A stretch of DNA of 64,000 nt from Selaginella moellendorffii. Its lineage: Eukaryota; Plantae; Lycopodiophyta. Below the pieces are notes generated by a model that was given only the letters and a program-made list of their open reading frames with translations, did no database searches and was not told where the DNA came from. Where the stretch lies: assembly GCF_000143415.4 (NCBI RefSeq), contig NW_003314282.1, positions 1,879,374 to 1,943,373 of the forward strand, read 5' to 3'. The position numbers were made by a program, and so were the translations under genes. Shown here in pieces: positions 22,901 through 34,464 of the stretch (positions within the stretch are counted from its first letter, which is position 1; every line of letters starts with the position of its first letter).

Positions 22901-25238
22901 AGTCACCCGCTATTGCGTTGAAGACCCAGCTGAGCATTTCCCATGCTGCACCTGGAGCTTTCTTTGGATTCGAAAGCTCCATAGCCGTCTTCAGTTCCTC
23001 AGGCACGGGTAAATTGACCTCCCTCAGATCAATTCGATCGGCTTTGTTGAATGAAGCTGGGAAGTCACTCCAGTCCCACTCTGCTGCAGGACCAATAACA
23101 AGGGCGACTGTGAAGATGCGGACATTCATCGGTATCTTCTTCTTAGCCATTATCCCATGGATCTCCCGCATCTCCTTGCCTTTCAACCGAGCCTTCACCT
23201 CGTTCAAGGCCTTCCAGAACTTGTGATAGGATTCGGAGTCGTAGATCATATAGTGGACTGAAGATTCCACCTCCGCAAGTCCCACCATTAAGTCAATGAT
23301 GGAGCTGACTTCGTCTGCATGAGTGATCTCCTCGTTTGTGAAGTCCATCACACAAAAGATGTTCTTGACCTGCTCATCTCCGCGGGAAACGATGCTCCTC
23401 CACCTTTGATCCTCATCCGAATTCACGTATACCCGGTAAGGTTCTCGATAGGCCTCTGCTGCGGGGTCGAGCTGTTTCTGAAGCCGGCGGTCGACATCCC
23501 TCTTAATGAAATTTGGATACTGATCCAACTTCTCAGCTTTACTTTTCGTGGCATCCCGCAGCAGATCGATGAACTTGGGGGCCCCCTTCACGTACTCGTC
23601 GATGTCTTCATTTGACAAGTCCAGCTCTTCCATCATCTCTTGCGTGGTGTCGATGCTCACCCTCGCCACGGCCACTTGCTCGAAGATCCAATCCTTCAAT
23701 AGCGCACGAGCTCTCAGAGTCGTGCACAAGTCCTTGTATGTCACAATATGGCCGGGAGTCATTTTGGTCTTGTTGAAGACTACCTCACCACGTAGAAGAG
23801 CATTAGCCACTGTCAGAAGGTCGTCGTTGTCTAGAGACCGCGAGAAACGCAAGGCGTTGAGCTTCAAATCATTGGGCTTCCGGCCGTCCTCCACACCCAT
23901 TGAGTTTAGCAACTCCCCGTCATGGTACCTCCTTAGCACATCTACCCATTTGTCAAAAACAACTTTTGTCGCGAGTAGAATGTTATGGATGCTGAGTGTG
24001 TCATTGACCCCCAGTGTTTTCGAGAGAAGACTCGAGAATTCCTGCAATGGAAATGGCGTGAGGCCACATGCTATGCCACATGCAACGAGGCTTACCTGCC
24101 AGGCACTAGTTGCTAGTGCACGTCCTTGTCCTGGTTTTTGTGGCTTCTTCAGTTGAACCCAGAGCTTCCGTGTTCGTGCCAATGTCTCGTGCAGACCCGA
24201 TTTGTAGCACGTTTCTTGCTTGACATTCTGCGCGTGGGAGATGTATATGATAGATCGGAGGGGCGAGTTGCCTTTTATCAGGCGGACAACTCTTGTCTTG
24301 AAGACTTTCTTCACCTCCTCGCCCACCATAATATCCACAACTATCTGTTGCATCGCCAAGCTAGAATGCTGCCCGGAGACGGCATAGAACCGGATGTTCT
24401 GATCGTCCAACACCTTCCTATTGATCAAGTCTGGAAACCTCGTCTCGCCCTTCATTGTTCGGTAGTAGGGGATCACATCTGCGATGTCGGGTGTTACTGG
24501 ACTTGCCAGCATCTTCTGCTTCAGTTTCTCCACCCACTCATCAGATACTAGCCTGTGGTTGTATTTGCTTTGGATCTCGATACGGCTCATGTCGATTGTA
24601 TATACTTTGTTGGAATAGTAACAAGTACTATTATCTGCGACGATTTTTGCTGCCTCTTCTTGCTCTTTCTGCTCTTTGCGGCTCTTCTTTTTGGTGGGTG
24701 TAGTGTTCGAACCCGAGGCAATGGCATCACCGAGTAGCTTCTTTTTTGGAGCAGCAGAGTCGGACGTCGGCTTGAGCTTGACCACCCTTTTCTGTTTCGG
24801 GGTAGTTTCCAGATTGACCCCCTTCCCCTTCGCTTCGCAAACTGGAGGCACTCTCAACGGCTCAATGTTGGAATATAGTTTTTGAACATCGCCGTAGGTG
24901 AGGTCCGTGGATTCTATGTGATCTTCATAGACCCGCAGCGTTTTTGAAATTGTGGGCCTCCTGGACAACCTCTCCCTAGCTCCCTCTAGGAATTCCTCAT
25001 AGCCGCTGCCCCCCTCCGGGAAGCCACTAGGATGTGCAAGGTGGATCTTGAAGGCGGACGCTGTCTCTACCACAAGTGCCAGTCCATATTCTTGCATGGA
25101 ACTGCATGGAGTGTCTGTCACTTGGATGAGGATCCCCATGCATTCTTTTCTCCCACCATCTGTGTTGTACAGCATCAGATCCTCGCCTTCCATCCCGAAA
25201 GTCCAACTGGTGAGCTCCTCCCCCTTCTCTGCATCCAC
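19926..25238 (-). CDS. Transposon cargo gene, 10 exons, ~1,620 aa: ParB/Srx-like + degenerate amino-MTase-like + acidic linker + FCP1/NIF-type HAD phosphatase domain (one premature TAG)
   Basis: GT-AG introns at 24042-24095, 22683-22732, 22570-22607, 22431-22479, 22240-22286, 21631-21687, 21567-21615, 21412-21458 and 20789-20835 join five track ORFs in one frame (4,875 nt). The only stop is a TAG at 22502-22504. HAD motifs: IVFDLNGVL, GVWTS, LIIDDSPIK. ParB-like motif: FYAVSGQHS. The true start is uncertain (25238 is GTG; an upstream exon is likely). Confidence 0.75.
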
Positions 25239-27130
25239 ATTGACAGTGGCTGGAAGAAGAACGCAATTCCTCGCCTATTCAGAAATGCACAACAATTAGA
25301 GCTGACAGATGAAAAGCTAGCAGCTGGAAATAACGTGAGGCCACACGCCATTCACCACTGCATCAGATGTCTTGAGGCTGCATCCTAAGATGGCGTGAGG
25401 CTACACGCCATCTGTAACCGGACTGCACTCGAGAGCCCAATCGGTGCATGCCAATGTTGCTACTGAATGGCATGTGGCCTCATGCCATTTTCTACTTGGT
25501 CTAAAAGACTTACCATTTGAAGCCGAATGGAGGCCGTGACAATCGAGGCCGGACTCGCTAGCGAATGTGCACTGTGTGTGCAGCGGATCGTAGCAGCAAG
25601 GCTACTCTGCCACTTACAGTTGGAGAGTGGTGCTGAAATCTCCCGGGACGCCAAGTGGGCTGCGTGTGGGTGGTGGAGTGGGCGGCGGAGTTGGCGGCGA
25701 AGTTACAAACTGGGTGTGTCTTGAAGTGGACGCCGATGCACACGAGCGCGATGCGAGCGCGAGTGTGATGCAAGCGCGAGTGGACGCCGATGCACACGAG
25801 AAACCTGTAGAGAAGTGAGCGTGATCGCGAGTGGGAGCGCGATGCGAGCGGGAGCGCGAGTGTGATGCGAGCGCGAGTGTGATGCGAGCGCGAGCGCGAG
25901 TGTGCGAGCGCGAGTACAAAGCAAAATGCAAAACCTAACCTCACACGCGCGAAATGTCACAACGGTTGGTAATCCCGCCACGTCATCATTCCTCGGACTT
26001 GGGCGCCACCATTAATTTCTGGATTGCCGCGCGCATGCAAGCACGCAAAATCCAAAAGAAATCCGCAACGTCATCATTCCTCGGACTGCATGCACGCGAA
26101 ATCCAAAAGAAAGATCATGATTGGGATATCATTTAATACCCTCGCTATATTTATACCATGCATGATTGGATATTCCAAAGCATCTTGTATTTCCAAAAAT
26201 GGCAGATGTTCAGCTAAATAAAGAAATTCTATCTGTTTCTATTTTTCTCTCAAATCAATATTATAGCGTGTGGGCTCATGCAATTTTGAACCAAAGAAAC
26301 CCAAAAAACGTTGGACCCAAAATATTTTGAAAAAACCCAAAAAACCCTAAACATTTTAAACCCAAAAATCCAGGCGTCCTGTGGCGTTATTCCTTGAATG
26401 GCGTGTGGGCACATGCCATTTTCAGGGCCAAATGCTGAATGGAGAAAAATTCCCTTTCAGTGCAAATGCTGCAATAGGCAGATGCCGAGCACAAAGGACT
26501 GTAACTACCTCACATGACACAGATAAACTTTTCTCTATTTGGCAAAGATAAACTTTATAGCGTGTGGGCTCATGCAATTTTGAACCCAAAAAATGCACCA
26601 AAAAATTCTCGGCGTCATCTGGCATTATCTCTTGAATGGCGTGGGGCCGCATGCCATTTTCAGGGGCACATAGGAGTATATTCCTAGGATATTCTGACAC
26701 GCGCGAGATTTTTTTGAGTTTTCTGGAGATCCAACCGTTAGATCGCAACTAGATTTTACAGAATGGTATACAATGTCTTTCTTGATGACCCTGCAAAGAA
26801 GCATCTCGATCGGACACCACATAAGACCACACGAGCCTTACAATGTTTCAGGGGCATTTGCCATAGATCCGACCGTTATTTTGCTCCAAGATTTTACAGT
26901 TTGGTGTGCATTGACCTTTCCATCGAAACTGCAAAGGGACATCACAATCAGATGCGGGATCACAAGAAACTAACTTCACTAACTCTGGTTTCACCAAGAT
27001 CTACGTAAGGAGTTATGAAATGAAAGGACCCTCTCTATTGAAATGTGTTTATGGTCCTAGGGGCATTGTGACATATCAAAGGATTTTGCATCAAGTTCTG
27101 TATTTGCATGTTTATCAAGCTACTGAATTG

Positions 27131-27164
27131 CTAAACCCTAAACCCTAAACCCTAAACCCTAAAC
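27131..27164. repeat. Interstitial plant telomeric repeat (CCCTAAA), ~4.9 units
   Basis: ctaaaccctaaaccctaaaccctaaaccctaaac, read directly. Confidence 0.9.
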
Positions 27165-28494
27165 ATGTGGCAAATGCTGCGTGAAGAAAGATGCCCTTTC
27201 TGGGCAAATGCTGTAAGAGGCAGATGCCGAGCAGATGTATCTCAGGCTAGCGAAGGGGACAAACGAAAGCTAGCTATAAACATGACGGGATGCAAATAGA
27301 TTACTAGGCTGGTCCTACGAAAATCAAAAACCATAATTGAAAACATTGAAAATGCAAAAAGAAAGGTTTATAATATTTTTGAATTTTAGGCAACCAAAGG
27401 AATGTAAGTAGGGCATGTGTTTGTAAGTTTAAAAATGCCTCAACCACTTAAATTCCCAAGTAAATAAAGTTGTTTCTATTTTTAGTACAGGTAAACTTTA
27501 TAGCGTGTGGGCTCATGCAATTTTGAACCCAAAAATGCACCAAAAAATGCTCGACTAGCATTATTCTTTGAATGGCGTGTGGCCTTATGTCGAGCATTAT
27601 TCTTTGAATGGCGTGTGGCCTTATATTGCCATAAATGGACGTACACACACAGCATAATTATTCCTTTACATGGCGAATAATCTTGGCGCGGATCGCTGAC
27701 ATGGCATGGCAAAGTTCGAATCACTGACATGGCACAGCTGGATCGAGGCAAGGACATGATGTGACAAAGTTCAACCTCCGACAGCAAAGTCTAGAAGCTA
27801 CTCAGTTTGAAATTTGTCAGAGGAATCATAAGATCTGGTTTGTCAGAGGATTTGATGTGACGTTCAAGCGTGTGTTATTTTTGAATTCTCGAACTCATTC
27901 CTAGGTCTATCATTTTTGTGCGCCGTGTTCTTGGTTCCGCTGAGCGCAGTGAGCGCTGCTTGTGTAAGCGGCGTTGTGGGCTGTGGTTTATGCGTCTACG
28001 AGCGGTTGCGGCATTGCGAGCGCCATTGCGAGCGGCAGTTTATGCGAGTGGCAGTTTGTGCGAGCGGCGCTACGAGCAGTTGCGGTGTTGCGAGCGGTGC
28101 TACAAGTAGTTGCGGTGTTGCGAGCGGCACTGTCTTTGGTGTGGCTACCGCTTCCTCTTGATATTCGGCACTTGTGCTTCCTGGTATGTTCACCATGGAA
28201 TGGCTTAGGACCACATTTAGAAATGGCATGAGGCCACATGCCATCTTGGGCCCTTGCAATTTCATGGCTAGCGTATTGTCATGTATGTTTTTACTTGCCT
28301 GCAGCTGTGTGTATATCAAGATGGCATGAGGCCTCATGCCAATTTTGTGAATGCGAAATTTCACGTGGGTGTCAATAGCATGTTTAAATAATGGCATGTG
28401 GCCTCATGCTATTGAGGTTGTTTGGTATGTTATGATTTAGGCCATTCTCCAATCATTTTTTGTATGGTCTTAACTTCTTTTCTGCACTTTCAGA

Positions 28495-31400
28495 ATGGCC
28501 TTCAGGGTTGGGGAAAAGGTTTACATTTTGAATGGTGGGAAGAGAGTTGCAAAAGGGACCCTTGTGTCTATGGATCGGAACTTTGTTATACACTGTCAAA
28601 GGCTTGGGGAAGGCAATGCTGCTGTATCAGTAGAGACTGTCTTCGATAGGAATGTGGTCGCTATTGAACGAGGAGAGATGGTCGTCGGGGTAAATGTTGT
28701 TGTTGCCTTGAAAAATCTTCAGAAGAAAGCAAATGTTGGGGACAGCGCAAGTGTGACGCATGTTCCCTCCGTGGATCTTAAGAACCGTGCTACATGGATT
28801 CAGGCAAAGGTGTTTCTAAACAACCCCGAGGGGGAGGTGGTAGCTGAGGGCTTAGCCACAGTTGTTGATCCAAGAGATGCGGTTGCTAATCAAGAATTGG
28901 GCTGGGATGATATTGGAGTTGCGATTTTAGAGGTTGTTGACACAGAAGAAAACAGTCTGACTATTGGAAGCATTGTGCGGTGGAAATTGAGGCACTTAGT
29001 GTTTGAGAATGTGAAGGATTCACAATCAAACACCACTACAACTGATGACAAAACATCTCTTCATGGGAAAAGAAAGTACACCTTCCTAAAGCGCAGCCAA
29101 AGGGATCTGAGCAGCGAACCGAAAAGGCAGAAATGGCGATGGAGGTTCGAATGGTCTCGACAGTTGCTTGTTGCAAGAGGAGGTGCTGTCAACATGCTGA
29201 TTGGGATGCTATTGAAGAGGAGAGAGCAAGATACAAGACATTGTCCTGGAAGGCAGCTCGCAATTTTGTGTATGAGGCATTACGGTCATCTGTTGATGCT
29301 TCAGAACATCAGGTGGGGGGCATGGTCTTCCAGAGGGGTTTGGTCTGCATGAAGGCATGGAGAATCATTTATGGAGTCCCTCGAACCACATTCTACAGAA
29401 TCAAAACTGAGTTCGAGGAACAAAGGGTTCAACAGGCAGTCCATGGGAACGACGGTACGCACAAAACCAGGGGTCATGTTGTATATGGAGAGGCAATCTT
29501 CAAGAGGTTTGTCGAGACATGTAGCGAGCAGCAACCACATAAAACCCGCCTCTTGGAAGATGGAACACGAGACACCCAACGAGTTCTCCCTTCCATGTAT
29601 ACCAAGGGGGCCATATTGGAAGATGTGAATCGGGAACTCCAGAGTAATGGCTACAGGAAGTTGAGCCAATCTAGATTTAGTAGATTGTGGAGCAACAGGT
29701 TTAGGGATGTGAGTATAGGAAAGTACTCCAGCTTTTCAAAGTGTGACGAGTGCACTGCTATCAAAATGGCTTTGTCGAAGAATTCTTGCAGCGCTCAAGA
29801 GCGAGAGACGTTGGTTAGAAGGCGGCTCGACCACAACATCGAGCAGAGAAGCTGCAGGACTGCATATTATCATAACAGGATTCTCTCCATGGAGAGACTT
29901 GACTCTTACCTCTGCATCATCCACGACAAAATGGACCAGAAAAAGACGTGCTTACCTCGACTCAATCCTGCCCCCAAGGCAATCTCTTCATCCATGCAGC
30001 TGCCTGTGTCTCTGTTTGGCATAATCGCTCATGGGCATGGTGCCCAGAACTATGGGAACTTCTTTGTACCTCTATGGGGTGGCGGGGGTGCAAACATGAT
30101 GATTGCGTCCCTAGCAAAACACTTAAGGTCTTTGCAAAGTGCGCAGACTGAGCTGAACGGCCAACCCTTGCATAAGGCCCTTGTCGATCGAACCCCATAC
30201 AGGGTTCAGCTGGAGGAGGAGCAAAGGCTTGCAGTATCGCGTGGGGCCCCATGCCATCCCAGTGAATATGTTGGCCGTCAGATTGTAGGGTTATCACGTG
30301 AGGCCTCATGCCATTCCGACGAGGCTGGTCGCCCGGTGAATGCACAGCCTCATCCAAACGAAGCAGAATCTCAAGGAAGTTCTTGCGGCCGATGTGGCCT
30401 TCCACCCCATCTTCTGCTCCAAACAGACAATGCTGGCAGTGAGAACAAAAACATGTACGTCTTCGCGTACTTGGCGATGCTTGTTGCCAAAGGCATATTT
30501 GAAACGGTTACACTTGGCTTTCTCATGGTTGGGCACACTCATGAAGACGTCGATGCCATGTTCAGTCACCTGGCAGAGTCCCTCCGGCGATCCAATGTCC
30601 TCACCCTCCCACAACTCTACGATGAATTCCAAAATTGCATCAAAGGCACTGTTGAAGCTGCACTTCTGACAGAGGTTCCAGACTTTAAGGGGTTTGTAAG
30701 AGGCTACATCAGGGACGGATCCGAAACGCTGATTGGCCACTCCAAGCCTCTTCAGTTTCATTTCAGCATGTGTGACGGTGCTCCAGTGATGAGGTACAAG
30801 ATGAGAGAATGGGACACAGTGTGGCTGCCAGTGGACGGCATTGAACTCTTCAAGAGAGATCCCATAACTGGGGAACCTATGATTCCTCAGGGTTCCCCAC
30901 GGCCGATGCACCCGGATGGACTCAAAGACCAGGAAAGTATAGTGGCCGGGATTAGATAGCATATTGCCTTCTGGAAGAGGGGGTTGGTGTTTGGTGGAGA
31001 ATCCTATTTTCAGAGGTGCAAGCCTTTGCTCGAATACTGGGAGAAGATTATATCTGCTATCCAAAATGGGCCGGTTGTATATGAAGAATTGGAAGAGTCC
31101 TTTTGGCCAGAACCCAGAGCACCAGATAGTAGCGGAACAATGTCCTCTGGAAATGCAGTGACAGATAACGATGTTGAGGATCACTATTGTGGGCCGAGGA
31201 ACAAGAAGCCGGATTCAGCATTCAATCCAGTATAGGTCTGCAAAGGAATGGTCGTGCTTGTCAGACCCAGTAATAAAAAACAAATGATATGGGTGGGGCG
31301 CTGCATCACTGATGCAGAGGAGGACGCGGAAACTAACTCCTTCAATGTAACTGTGGAGTGGTTCAAGCCAAGTTCCGGATATACGAAGGATTGCCTAGAA

Positions 31401-31635
31401 AAGAGATGGGTGCTGAATCCAAGGGATCCCAGCATGAGCATATCGGTGGATAATGTTGTGCATGGTTGGATGCGGAAGCAGAGTGCCACCATCACCTTGC
31501 CAGACCATGCAAGAGATGCAGCAAGAGCATTCATAACCCGGGTTCAAGGTGAGATTCATTAATATTCCTTTACTAAGTTTCTAATGTATTTTATTTCAAG
31601 GTGAACAATCCGAATCTGAATCAGAGGAGGCGTGA
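28495..31635 (+). pseudogene. Sola-like DDD transposase with a tandemly repeated N-terminal accessory domain; inactivated
   Basis: Motifs CCKRRCC, FSKCDEC, IIHDKMDQ, QTDNAGSENKN and FLMVGHTHEDVDAMF. The N-terminal VAKGTL..LG..V.V and VAEGL..LG..V.I repeats resemble Tnp1/En-Spm accessory domains. There is a frameshift near 29130 and in-frame TAGs at 30957 and 31233. The probable last exon reads GEQSESESEEA* and ends at 31635. Confidence 0.78.
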
Positions 31636-32273
31636 TGGCATGTGGCCTTACGCCATTCCTAGGTGAGATGATACAAATAACAAGTATAAATTCTTAGTTG
31701 TTCTAGCAAATCTTACTTAAAGTTCAAGGTGAACAAGCCGAATATGAATTCATCGGATTGTTATAACAAATTGCGAGGTGATGGCATGAGGCGATACACC
31801 ATTTGAGAGTGGTAGCCATTCCTATATGAGGTGAGTGAAGTATTTATTAGAAATACCTCATTCAATTGTGCACTTCTAAGTCTTGGTCCACTTAGTACTG
31901 TTTGCATGTTTTTATTTTAATTCTTTCTCTAAAATGTTATTTAGCATGTGGCTTCATGCCATTGCTCTCCACAATCATGCATTGAATTTCTATCCTTGCA
32001 TAATACTTCTCCATATATATAGCATGTGCGCACATGTGATATGGTTCATTAGGCCTGATATAGTGTGTGAGGTAAAACAAAAATAATGTGACATATGCAT
32101 TTACCAATCACACGTGCATAAATCTAATAATATGGCGTGTGGCCCATATTAATGGCACATAAACCCATATTGTGGGCTTACGTGCTTTATGTACCATCAT
32201 TCCCTTGCAGCGTGTGTGTTGGTTTCCTTTTATAACACAACGAACTCCATATTTTAGGGTGAAGAGCGTTCTC

Positions 32274-32531
32274 ATGGCAAGCACAAAATCTGTAAGTGAG
32301 GCAGAAAAGGAGACGGAGAAGGAGATAGGTGAAGATGTAGAATATATAAGTCTTCCAAACTCCCCGTACTATACTCCAGGTGATCATTTTTCTGAACAAA
32401 CGGCAACATTAACAACTATCGAGAACGCCCCAGTAACGTCAGAGACAACAATCCAAAGCAAAACAACTGACCCGGAGAAGGATGATAGTACCGTTGAGAG
32501 TACCAAAAAGGAGGTGTCCACTAGCGCTTAG
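32274..32531 (+). CDS. Short acidic S/T/E-rich ORF inside the transposon, function unknown
   Basis: MASTKSVSEAEKETEKEIGEDVEY... has coding-like composition and is flanked by palindromes. It may be an exon rather than a separate gene. Confidence 0.3.
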   Translation: MASTKSVSEAEKETEKEIGEDVEYISLPNSPYYTPGDHFSEQTATLTTIENAPVTSETTIQSKTTDPEKDDSTVESTKKEVSTSA

Positions 32532-33191
32532 GCTTATAATGGCGTGTGCCCTCATGCCATTTACTTGATCACCAAATACCTTTTTCCCTTTGCACTAGTA
32601 TATCTTAATACCGGTCTGAGAAATAGAATGGCATGTGCCCTCAGGCCTTTTACTAAATCACCTTTGAAAGAAATGCAAGCCTCTATGTCGTAAAAAAAAG
32701 GTACTAGAGAAATTCCTTAATAATATGAATGTTATTTAGTTTCATGAAAATACACTAAGGGTCAAATGAGTTAAATGACTTCTCCAGACTAGCAATGCCT
32801 CTTGCTACACCTTCACAATTAGATTCGTTAGAAAAAGATAACATTGAATAATATCTAAATGTTCTCACCATTAAGTTATATGTCTGGCTAATAGGAATGA
32901 TGTTCATCTTGGAAAGCTCACCACACGCTCAATGAACAAACAAATAGTGTGTGCGCGCATGCCATCGCTCTTCTTTAGCTTCAGATTCGGCTTGTTCACC
33001 TTGACAATGAGATTTATTATACAACTAGATGGACTCAGTCTGGACATAAGGTCACCGCGCTAGTCACCATGCCCCAGATATGTCTAGCCCCTGGACAAAA
33101 AACATATAATTTCACGTCATTTTCAAATACTTGAAAATTTGTACCTAGTCCCATTTTACTGAATAAATCCCACTTTAACGAAATAGAGCTT

Positions 33192-34464
33192 AGTTCCTCC
33201 GCATTGCCAAGTCCTCTCGCCTAGCAAGTTTGTGATCATGCATGGAGTTCTCTATGCTCGGCCCCATGGGCCACCCCTTTTGAAGTTAGCACCTTTGACT
33301 AGGGGATTTGTTCCCCTGACTTGCCAATCTCACTTAGCAAGTCATCCGGCCACCGTAATATGGTTTATGCATAAGCGTGAAAGTCCTTAACCATCGACTT
33401 TCATTCAAAACCTTCTCTTTGAACACTTGGGAACTACTTCCCCAACCTTGATAGCCTCGCCTCATAGCCAGCTTCAAGACCACACTTCTGCTGCGCCACT
33501 CTGATTTCATGCGCTCTAGGAACCATTTACATTTAGCTTTCTAGGTACTTATCTACTTAGAATTGTCTTTGGGAACCTTCAAAGAACTCTGTTCCTTAGC
33601 TTGCTAAGGCTTCTCTTTTGTAAGCTCCCTACTCACCATATGGTCTAACATGGATAATTCCACATTTTAGACTCTCCATGGCATCGCAGTTGCTAATAAA
33701 AACATCCTTAAGCACCCTCTTGATTCTCCACTCTCAACTTGCATAACTACTGTTGGTTATGCCCTTTGATTTCTATAATTCAGTTCCATTTTAATACTAC
33801 TTGCCTTTTGGCATTATATGTTTCCTTTGGTTATTCTCCTTCAGACTAGGAGGATAGTTTTGCACCTTCTACCATGCCTTAGCAAGTATTCATAAGAATG
33901 AGCCTACTCAATAGCTTAGGGAGTGGTTCCTCAATCTGGGCATGCTCACCTTATAATCCCACACACTGGGATTAACATTGCTACTTATGGGCCTCTATAT
34001 GCCCATCACTAGCCTTGCCAAAATCCCATTTTTGGCTTTGTCCAAATCAGGTAGACAGATTTCTCCCGTCTCCACAACCTTGGACGTTTGGATAGCACCT
34101 CCTATCCATCATTCGCTAGAGACTTATTCCCTTGGGCCTTATCTAATGCTCTCGCGACACCAAACACCACTTCTTGATGTTTTAGAGTGTTTGGGTGTCC
34201 CAATGATGGCCTTCTTTAGCAATGAGCATTCCCTTTATGACATTGACTTACAATATCGCAACATAAGTAGTTTCTCCCTCATAAGGGTATATTTAACTTC
34301 CTTATCCCTATAAGAAGTCTTAGGTAGTTACCTTCTACCAATTTAACCAATTATTTTGCACCTTTTGCTTAGTTGCCTTATAGTTGTCAAGTCCTACAAC
34401 TCATTGCTGGTGCTTCCACATCTCTATCATTATTTGGGTCACTACACTCTAACCGCATGTCTTT
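33192..34464. repeat. Direct duplication copy 2, right part
   Basis: Matches 10177-11449. Confidence 0.92.

Larger units (their letters stand above)
19870..32965. repeat. Dispersed 22-bp palindrome ATGGCRTG-WGGCCW-CAYGCCAT, about 30 copies
   Basis: Copies, some degenerate, start at 19870, 20947, 21022, 22249, 22440, 22581, 24053, 25330, 25390, 25467, 26263, 26398, 26557, 26636, 27500, 27572, 27608, 28223, 28321, 28391, 30236, 30293, 31635, 31781, 31941, 32019, 32132, 32539, 32628 and 32944. Confidence 0.92.
19508..33191. mobile_element. 13,684-bp TIR DNA transposon (Sola-like) with a large cargo gene
   Basis: Perfect 24-bp TIR AAGCTCTATTTCGTTAAAGTGGGA at 19508-19531 and 33168-33191. 4-bp TSD AGTT at 19504-19507 and 33192-33195. 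Empty site caacttAGTTcctcc at 10171-10185 in the duplicate. Internal DDD-type transposase. Confidence 0.92.

Noticed and set aside
19870-32965. Palindromes as a CRISPR array
   Set aside because: Spacing is irregular (tens to thousands of bp), copies lie in introns and exons, there are no cas genes, and the context is eukaryotic.
19508-33191. Classification as CACTA, Mutator, hAT or Helitron
   Set aside because: The termini are not CACTA, the TSD is 4 bp rather than 3, 8 or 9-11 bp, and TIRs are present. Sola-like fits best but the subgroup is unverified.
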